In this document: piece by piece, positions 17,066-23,309 of the stretch | Layout of the letters: each line of letters opens with the position of its first letter | How positions within the stretch are numbered: position 1 is the stretch's first letter | NCBI GenBank assembly: GCA_040255145.1 | Contig: JBDZUN010000004.1 | Span: 1 to 41,046, forward strand | Direction: 5' to 3' | Source: Hyphomicrobiales bacterium | Lineage (GTDB): Bacteria > Pseudomonadota > Alphaproteobacteria > JBDZUN01 | Length of the DNA stretch: 41,046 bases | Notes under the pieces: model-generated | Told to the model about the DNA's origin: nothing | The model's input: only the letters and a program-made list of their open reading frames with translations | Databases searched by the model: none | Position numbers and translations under genes: made by a program

Positions 17066-18841
17066 ATGACCCGCCAGAACACGCTCGAAAAGCTCGATCC
17101 CGTCACGTTCGAGGTGCTGCGCAGCTTCTTCGAATATACCTGCGGGCGGATGAGCACGGTGCTGCAGAAGGCGAGCTTCTCGCCGATCATGTACGACAGC
17201 GTCGATTTCTCGAACGCGATCTACAACGAGAAGCTGGAACTGGTCGGGCAGACCGCGAACTGCCCCGTCCACATCGCCGCGATGCACTTTTCGGCGCGCG
17301 CCTCGGTCGACCATTTCGGCTTCCAGTCGCTCAAGCCCGGCGACGTGTTCGTATTGAACGACCCTTACCAGGGCGGCACGCACATCAACGACGTGACCTT
17401 CACGATGCCGGTCTTCCTGCGCGACGAGCTGCTCGGCTTCGCCGTGTCGCGCGGGCATTGGACCGACCTCGGCGGCGGCAGCGCCGGCGGCCAGACCTTC
17501 GGCACCCACATCGCCGGCGAGGGCCTGCGGCTGCCGCCGCTGCGCCTCTACGAGAACTATCAGATCAATGACGACCTGTTGCGCATCATCCTCAGCAACA
17601 CGCGCACGCCGCAATATGTGAAGGGCGACCTGCAAGCGCATCTCGGTGCGCTGCGCGTGGCCGAGCAGGAATTGCAGCGCGCGGCCGAACGTTATGGCGC
17701 CGAGGTGGTGCGGGCCGCGATGCGCGAGGTCATCGAATATACTGAACGGCTGACCCGCAGCGCGATCGCCGCGATTCCCGACGGCACCTATCGGGCCACC
17801 GATTATGCGGATACGGACGGTATCTCGGACGATCCCGTGCATATCGCGGTGGCGCTGACGGTCAAGGACGACACGATCACGGTCGACTTCGAGGGCAGCG
17901 ACGAGCCGGTCGCCGGCGCGATCAACTCGCCGATGGCAAACACCTATTCGGCCGTCTACTACTCGCTGAAATTCTTTCTGGCGCCGGACGCGCCGGCCAA
18001 TTCCGGCAGCTTCCGCCCGATCGCGATCCGCCTGCCGGATCGCTGCTGGCTGAATGCGCAATGGCCGTCGGGGACGATCGGCTGCACCACGCTGACCTCG
18101 TCCAAGATCACCGGCGCGATCTGGAAGGCGCTGGCCAAGGCGATGCCGGAGCGGGTCGTCGCGCCGACCTTCGGCGAATGCAACTGGTTCGTCTGCGCGG
18201 TGCGCAAGCCGGATACGGACGAAACGCTGGTCTTCTCCGATCTGCCGGCCGGCGGGTGGGGCGGCGGGCCTGAGCACGACGGCATGAACGTCACCCAGGA
18301 TCCGCTGGGCAATTGCGCTAACCTGTCGGCTGAGGTGGCGGAGCTTTTGTTCCCGGTCCGCTACGAGGCGTTCGAGTTGCGCGACGGTTCCGGCGGCGCG
18401 GGGCTGAACCGCGGCGGGCTCGGCGCCCGGCTGAAGATCCGCTTCGATACCGGTGGCGAGTTCTCGATCGAGACCTCGCGCACGCGCGAAGGCGCCGCGG
18501 GCGTCAATGGCGGCGGCGACAGCCCGCCCCAATCGGTGCGCAAGGTCAAGCCGGCCGGCGAGGTCGAGGTACTGGGTGGCTATGACGCGGACGGAGCTTG
18601 GCACAATCCGCTGCGCGGCCGCCGCTTCGCGCCGGCGGAGGCGCTGGAGATCCTCAGCACGGGGGGCGGCGGCTGGGGCGATCCGCTCGACCGCCCGGCT
18701 GAGCGGGTGCGCGAGGACGTGCTCGACGACTACATCAGCCTGCGCGAGGCGGAGACCGCCTATGGCGTCGTGCTCGACCCCGCGACGCTGGAGATCGATC
18801 AGGCGGCGACCGCTACGTTGCGTACCGCACGCGCTGCCTGA
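17066..18841 (+). CDS. Hydantoinase/oxoprolinase family, B subunit (HyuB-like)
   Basis: ATG 17066 follows GGGAGG. The N-terminus LDPVTFEVLRSFFEYTCGRMSTVLQKASFSPIMYDSVDFSNAIY is typical of Hydantoinase_B. It lies 29 nt after the hyuA-like stop. Confidence 0.85.
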   Translation: MTRQNTLEKLDPVTFEVLRSFFEYTCGRMSTVLQKASFSPIMYDSVDFSNAIYNEKLELVGQTANCPVHIAAMHFSARASVDHFGFQSLKPGDVFVLNDPYQGGTHINDVTFTMPVFLRDELLGFAVSRGHWTDLGGGSAGGQTFGTHIAGEGLRLPPLRLYENYQINDDLLRIILSNTRTPQYVKGDLQAHLGALRVAEQELQRAAERYGAEVVRAAMREVIEYTERLTRSAIAAIPDGTYRATDYADTDGISDDPVHIAVALTVKDDTITVDFEGSDEPVAGAINSPMANTYSAVYYSLKFFLAPDAPANSGSFRPIAIRLPDRCWLNAQWPSGTIGCTTLTSSKITGAIWKALAKAMPERVVAPTFGECNWFVCAVRKPDTDETLVFSDLPAGGWGGGPEHDGMNVTQDPLGNCANLSAEVAELLFPVRYEAFELRDGSGGAGLNRGGLGARLKIRFDTGGEFSIETSRTREGAAGVNGGGDSPPQSVRKVKPAGEVEVLGGYDADGAWHNPLRGRRFAPAEALEILSTGGGGWGDPLDRPAERVREDVLDDYISLREAETAYGVVLDPATLEIDQAATATLRTARAA

Positions 18842-18849
18842 CAATTCGA

Positions 18850-18980
18850 TTCGTCATTGCGAGCGCAGCGAAGCAATCCATTTCCTCGGCCGTCGTCCCG
18901 GGCGAGCGATAGCGAGACCCGGGACCCATTGTGCCGCGATATGGGTCCCGGATAGCCCTTACGAGCTTCCGGGACGACAA
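18850..18980. repeat. REP/MITE-like intergenic repeat element
   Basis: Contains CATTGCGAGCGCAGCGAAGCAATCC, whose reverse-frame translation is ..LLRCARNDE... It also has an imperfect 36-nt inverted repeat, 18892..18927 (GTCGTCCCGGGCGAGCGATAGCGAGACCCGGGACCC) paired with 18943..18978. I recognise these modules from memory as a dispersed repeat family of Rhizobiales/Rhodospirillales genomes that is often mis-annotated as small ORFs. Confidence 0.55.
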
Positions 18981-19013
18981 CCAAAGCTGAATGACGTCGG
19001 GAGACGGGAGGCC

Positions 19014-19036
19014 GGCACCGGAATCATTCCGGTGCC
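19014..19036. terminator. Perfect 11+11 bp palindrome (GGCACCGGAAT-C-ATTCCGGTGCC) overlapping the stop codon of the FAD oxidoreductase gene
   Basis: Read directly from the sequence. It lies between the convergent hyuB-like and oxidoreductase genes. No clear U-tract is present on either strand. Confidence 0.4.
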
Positions 19037-20514
19037 TTGAACGGCGATAGACCGGCGGGGGCGAGGCCGGCCAGCCGCCCGATCAACCATGACGGCTTGC
19101 GACCGGCATCCTCGGCGGCGTCCTTCCGCTCGGTCGCGTAGCGCACGATGTTGCCGCCGATGAACCGGATCGGTTCGGGCGGGAAGCCGCGCGTCAGGCG
19201 GCCGACCAGGCCACAGCGCGACCATTCGTCGTCGCGTCCCAGCGCGAGCGCGGCCAGGATGCGCCCGCCCAGCATGCTGGGGCCGACGCCGTTGCCGGAA
19301 TAGCCGACGCCGAACAGGACGCCCGGATAGCTGGCGAGCCGGCCGAATATGGGCAGGCCGCTGGGCGAGCGGTCGATCGGCCCGCGCCAGCTATGGGTGC
19401 GCGGCACGCCGCCGAGCGCGGGATAGGTCCGGCGCAGCCAGGTCTCGACCTCGCCGGCGATGGCGGATCGGCCCTCGAACCGCACGCCGACGTGGCGGCC
19501 GAAGGCCATTCCGCCGCGGCCGCCGCCGCGTCCGAACACAACGCGGCCGTCCGGCGTGGTGCGGTAGTAGTGCACCAGCATGCGCGAATCCGAGATGGTC
19601 ATGCCGTCGGTCCAGCCGGTCCGCGCCAACGCGTCGGGCGCGGCGTCGGTCGCGACGATGTCGCTGGAGACGACGACGATCGCCTTGCGGATTTCGGCGA
19701 AGGCGACGCCCCAGGCATTGGTCGCGAGCACGACCTGCGCGGCGGTGACGCTGCCCCGGTCGGTTTGCACGCGACAGGGGCGCGTCTTGCTCAAGGCCCG
19801 CATGGCGGTGCCCTCGAAGATGCGCACGCCGCGCTCGAGCGCGACCCAGCGCAGGCCACGCGCCAGTTGGGCCGGCTGCACCGAGGCCGAGCTCGGCTCG
19901 AACACGCCGGCGACGTGGAAGGGCGAGCCGGTGCGCGCCGCGACCTCGGCCGGGTCGAGCGGCACGAACGGATGCGCCTGGTAGCGGGCGAGTTCGTCGA
20001 ACGTCGCGTCCCAGGTGCCGACCTGCGCCGCGCTGGTCGCCGCCCACATCCAGCCATCGACGCGCAGGCCGGCGTCGATCCCGTTGTCGCGGCAGAAATG
20101 CTCCAGGTTGTAGATCGCGTCGGCCGAGGCCTGGCACAGGCGCAAAGCCTCCTCCGCCCCGCACAGTTTCTTCAGGGTCGTGAACTTCGACCACAGGCTC
20201 ATCACGAAGCCGCCGTTGCGGCCGCTGGCACCGGCCCCGCAGACGTCGCGTTCGATCAGCACGACGTCGAGCGCGGGTTCCGCCTCTTTCAGCCGGATCG
20301 CGGTCCAAAGCCCGGTGAAGCCGCCGCCGACGATGCACACGTCGCAATGCGTATCGCCGCGCAACGGCTCTGGCCGCGCCGCGTCGGCCGCGAGCGCCTG
20401 CTGAAGCCACAGGCTCCGTGGCGGGGGGGCGATGACCCGGTCCTCCGTCGCGCCGTCCGGATCGGCGCGCCTCAGGCCCCGGTCTCCATCGGCATGGCAG
20501 GGTCGCGGCTCCAT
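19024..20514 (-). CDS. FAD-dependent oxidoreductase (DAO/amine-oxidase-like family)
   Basis: The 496-aa product has the dinucleotide-binding motif DVCIVGGGFTGLWTAIRL. ATG 20514 is the only in-frame ATG and overlaps the upstream gene by 43 nt. I found no better SD-linked start, so the start is uncertain. Confidence 0.78.
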   Translation of the reverse strand: MEPRPCHADGDRGLRRADPDGATEDRVIAPPPRSLWLQQALAADAARPEPLRGDTHCDVCIVGGGFTGLWTAIRLKEAEPALDVVLIERDVCGAGASGRNGGFVMSLWSKFTTLKKLCGAEEALRLCQASADAIYNLEHFCRDNGIDAGLRVDGWMWAATSAAQVGTWDATFDELARYQAHPFVPLDPAEVAARTGSPFHVAGVFEPSSASVQPAQLARGLRWVALERGVRIFEGTAMRALSKTRPCRVQTDRGSVTAAQVVLATNAWGVAFAEIRKAIVVVSSDIVATDAAPDALARTGWTDGMTISDSRMLVHYYRTTPDGRVVFGRGGGRGGMAFGRHVGVRFEGRSAIAGEVETWLRRTYPALGGVPRTHSWRGPIDRSPSGLPIFGRLASYPGVLFGVGYSGNGVGPSMLGGRILAALALGRDDEWSRCGLVGRLTRGFPPEPIRFIGGNIVRYATERKDAAEDAGRKPSWLIGRLAGLAPAGLSPFKAPE

Positions 20515-21341
20515 TCGGTCATCGAGCCGTCATAGACCGAAATCGCGGGGTGGCCCAGCCGCGCCAAAGCCAGCGCGTCCATCGTTGCGGAGATGCCGCC
20601 GCCGCAATAGCAGATGACGCGCGGCCGCTCGAACGCGCCGACCGCGGCGAATAGCGAGCGCAGCTCCGCGTCGGAGCGGTAGGTGCCGTCCTCGGCCAGC
20701 AGGGCGGCATAGGGCACGTTGGTGCTGCCCTTGATGTGGCCCTTGCGGCCGTAATTTGTCGGGGCGTCGCCGCGATGGACGCTGGGCGCCAGGGCGTTGA
20801 TCGTGCAGACCGCGCCGTCGCCGATCGCAGCCAGCACCGCCTGCTTGTCGGCCCAGGCGCCGGGCCGCGCGGTCAGCGACAGTTCCGCCGGCGGATAATT
20901 CCGGGCGCCGGATTCGACCGGGCGGCCCTCCGCCTGCCATTTGGCGAAGCCGCCGTCGAGCACCGCGACATCGTCGAAGCCGCACGACCGCAGCATCCAC
21001 CACAGCCGCGTCGCCCACATCGGCGTTGTCGTCGTATAGACGACGACGCGGGTGCCGTGCCCGACCCCGAGGGCGCCGAGCGCCTTTGCCAGCCGGTCGA
21101 CCGGCGGCATGGTGAACGGCAGCGGCACGTCGGTGTTGGAGAGGTCGCGGACGAGGTCGGCGAAGCCCGCGCGGGGGATGTGGGCGGCCTCGTAATCGGG
21201 TCGCCCGCTCTCGATCGTATAGGGGCCGGGTGTCGCCGGCCGCAGGTGGACGGTGGCGTCGAAGATGCGCAGGTCCGGATCGCCCAAGTGATCCGCCAGC
21301 CATCCGGTCGATACCAGGCCCTTGCCGTCCCATTCCGCCAT
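20472..21341 (-). CDS. Two-domain rhodanese sulfurtransferase (thiosulfate/3-mercaptopyruvate sulfurtransferase family)
   Basis: ATG 21341 (MAEWDGKGLVSTGWLADHL) is preceded by GGGGAGGA. Has a tandem rhodanese layout with the active-site loop CYCGGGISAT near the C-terminus. Confidence 0.8.
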   Translation of the reverse strand: MAEWDGKGLVSTGWLADHLGDPDLRIFDATVHLRPATPGPYTIESGRPDYEAAHIPRAGFADLVRDLSNTDVPLPFTMPPVDRLAKALGALGVGHGTRVVVYTTTTPMWATRLWWMLRSCGFDDVAVLDGGFAKWQAEGRPVESGARNYPPAELSLTARPGAWADKQAVLAAIGDGAVCTINALAPSVHRGDAPTNYGRKGHIKGSTNVPYAALLAEDGTYRSDAELRSLFAAVGAFERPRVICYCGGGISATMDALALARLGHPAISVYDGSMTEWSRDPAMPMETGA

Positions 21342-21450
21342 GCCGTCCTCCCCTCGCTCGGCGCGCGCCGGCGCCGCCGGTCGATCATCCCTTCCGGGCG
21401 GGCCGGAAATCAAGAGGGCTGCGGCGACCAGGCGTCAGTCGGTTTGGGTG

Positions 21451-21951
21451 TCAGTCGCCGTGGGGGGCGGCCGCGGCCGCGGCGTCTTCCTCGGTCAGGA
21501 AGGTCGAAGCCGGCCGGGGGCGCCGGCGCGGAATCCTGCCCCGGCTGGCGGCGATGCCGAGTTCCAGGCTGTCGGCGATGCGGTGCGCGCGCTCGACGAA
21601 GTGTCTGGCCGCTGCTGGCGGGCAAATCTCCCGCGCCGTCTCGGCGAACAGCGTCAGCCAGCGGTCGAAATGCGGCGTGCCGACCGGCAGCGGCGTGTGC
21701 GCCACCATCGGCTGGCCGTGATAGCGGCCGCTCATCAGCGCGACCGAGGACCAGAAGGCGCACATCCGCTGAATGTGCGCTTCCCAGTCGTGCACTTTGT
21801 ATTCGAAGACCGGGCCGATCAGCGGGTCGCGCCGGGCGCGGTCATAGAAGCTGCGGACCAGCCGCTCGATCATCGGTTCGTCAATGCCGGTCCGGGCGAA
21901 GATATCGGCGACGATCTGCTCCCGGTCGCGCCGGAGATGGGGTGCGTCCAC
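21451..21951 (-). CDS. Group III truncated haemoglobin
   Basis: This is the C-terminal part of the artefactual ORF 21451..23040. GTG 21951 lies 4 nt after GAGGA; TTG 21975 is an alternative start. The motifs FYDRARRDPLIGPVF, W(E)AHIQRMCAFWSSVALMSGRYHGQPMVAHTPLP and FDRWLTLF match my memory of Ctb-type trHbIII. Confidence 0.72.
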   Translation of the reverse strand: MDAPHLRRDREQIVADIFARTGIDEPMIERLVRSFYDRARRDPLIGPVFEYKVHDWEAHIQRMCAFWSSVALMSGRYHGQPMVAHTPLPVGTPHFDRWLTLFAETAREICPPAAARHFVERAHRIADSLELGIAASRGRIPRRRPRPASTFLTEEDAAAAAAPHGD

Positions 21952-21986
21952 TATGTCCTCGCGCTGCCGCTCAGCCAAAAATGATA

Positions 21987-22006
21987 CATAACAAATAGAT
22001 GTTATG
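21987..22006. promoter_or_regulatory. AT-rich palindrome CATAACA-N6-TGTTATG upstream of the truncated haemoglobin gene
   Basis: Read directly: 21987..21993 and 22000..22006 are perfect reverse complements. They sit in a locally AT-rich 50-nt gap between the COG0523 stop (22050) and the globin start. The function is inferred. Confidence 0.3.
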
Positions 22007-22049
22007 CACTCAAGCGAGGACGCTGCCGTCGCAGCCGGTATTCCCGTCT

Positions 22050-23309
22050 TCAGGCGACGGCCGGCTGGTCCCAGCTTGGGAACGGGTCGCGCAGGGCGCG
22101 GTAGAGCGCCGGGTCGAAGCGGTCCTCCGGGCCGACCAGGCAATCTTCCAGCGCCGCTTCGATGGCGCGCCGGTCCATGCCGGGGCCGCCGATGAACACG
22201 ATCTCCTGCCGGCGGTCGCCCCAGACCGGCGACCAGCTTTTCGCCATCAGCTTCTGGAACGGTTCGTGGCGCGGCCAGAGCTGCCGGGCGACGCCGGCCC
22301 ACCAAAAGCCGCGCGCTTCGGTCTTCGCTTGGGCGCCGGCCCAGGACAGGTCGCCGACCTGGGCGGGTCGGGTGGCCAGCCAGAAGCTGCCCTTGGCGCG
22401 CAGCACGCCGGGATAGGGCCGGGTCGCGAAAGCGTGGAAACGGGCCGGATCGAACGGGCGGCGGGCGCGGAAGACGAAGCTCGACAGGCCGTATTCTTCG
22501 GTCTCCGGCACGTGGTCGGCAAAGCCGTAGAGCGCCTTGTGCCAGGCCGGATGGCGCGCCGCCTTCACCGCATCGAACGATCCGGTATGCAGCACCGCCG
22601 AAAGCGGCGCGCGGCCGAAATCGGCCTCGATCAGGCGGGCGTCGGCGTTCAGTGAGCGGATCAAGGCGCGGATGTCCCGGCGGCCGCGTTCGGATGTGGC
22701 GGACGCCTTGTTGATCACCACGACGTCGGCGAACTCGATCTGGTCGACCAGAAGGTCGATCAGGGTGCGCTCGTCGGCGTCGTCCGCGGCGTGGCCCAGA
22801 TCCTTCAGCCGGTCGCGGCTGCGGAATGAGTCCATCACGTTGAGCGCGTCGACCACCGTGACGAAGGTGTCGAGCCGCGCGATGTCGACCAGGGAGCGGC
22901 CCTCCTCGTCCCGGAACGAGAAGGAGGCGGCGATCGGGCGCGGCTCGGCGATGCCGGTGCTCTCGATCAAGAGGTAGTCGAAGCGGCCGCCGCCGGCCAG
23001 GCGCCGCACCTCGGTCAGCAGGTCGTCGCGCAGCGTGCAACAGATGCAGCCGTTCGACAGCTCGACCATCTGCTCGTCGGTATGGGACAGATCGAAGCCG
23101 CCGTCGCGGATCAGCTCCGCGTCGATGTTGACCTCGCTCATGTCGTTGACGATGACTGCGACGCGGATGCCGTCGCGGTTGTTCAGCACATGGTTGAGCA
23201 GGCTGGTCTTGCCGGCGCCGAGGAACCCGTTCAGCACCGTGACCGGCAGAAGATGGCGCCCCGCCGCAGACGGACGATCCGTTCCCGCCTCAGGCCGCGA
23301 GCTGTCCAT
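22050..23309 (-). CDS. COG0523-family G3E GTPase metallochaperone (CobW/YjiA/ZigA-like)
   Basis: The 419-aa product has Walker A GFLGAGKTSLLN, the CxCC metal motif GCICCTLRDDL, IESTGIAEP, and a CobW-type C-terminal domain. ATG 23309 overlaps the upstream giant gene by 20 nt. Confidence 0.85.
   Translation of the reverse strand: MDSSRPEAGTDRPSAAGRHLLPVTVLNGFLGAGKTSLLNHVLNNRDGIRVAVIVNDMSEVNIDAELIRDGGFDLSHTDEQMVELSNGCICCTLRDDLLTEVRRLAGGGRFDYLLIESTGIAEPRPIAASFSFRDEEGRSLVDIARLDTFVTVVDALNVMDSFRSRDRLKDLGHAADDADERTLIDLLVDQIEFADVVVINKASATSERGRRDIRALIRSLNADARLIEADFGRAPLSAVLHTGSFDAVKAARHPAWHKALYGFADHVPETEEYGLSSFVFRARRPFDPARFHAFATRPYPGVLRAKGSFWLATRPAQVGDLSWAGAQAKTEARGFWWAGVARQLWPRHEPFQKLMAKSWSPVWGDRRQEIVFIGGPGMDRRAIEAALEDCLVGPEDRFDPALYRALRDPFPSWDQPAVA

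Noticed and set aside
14686-18844. Minus-strand ORFs 14686..16965 (759 aa) and 17027..18844 (605 aa).
   Set aside because: They are antisense to the HyuA/HyuB-like genes, which carry clear family motifs. Their translations are low-complexity and Arg-rich.
18799-18984. The 61-aa ORF over the intergenic repeat (..GNGLLRCARNDESNC..).
   Set aside because: This is the characteristic spurious translation of the REP/MITE-like repeat. It has no SD or coding bias.
21987-22006. Calling the CATAACA-N6-TGTTATG palindrome a Zur box because a COG0523 gene is adjacent.
   Set aside because: The half-sites are in the opposite relative order to the canonical TGTTAT...ATAACA arrangement. The site lies downstream of the COG0523 gene, upstream of the globin, not in its promoter. 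I keep it only as an unassigned candidate operator.
21451-23040. The 529-aa ORF spanning the globin and most of the COG0523 region.
   Set aside because: Only its last ~167 codons look like a protein (truncated haemoglobin). The rest overlaps the COG0523 gene out of frame and is Arg/Pro-rich.
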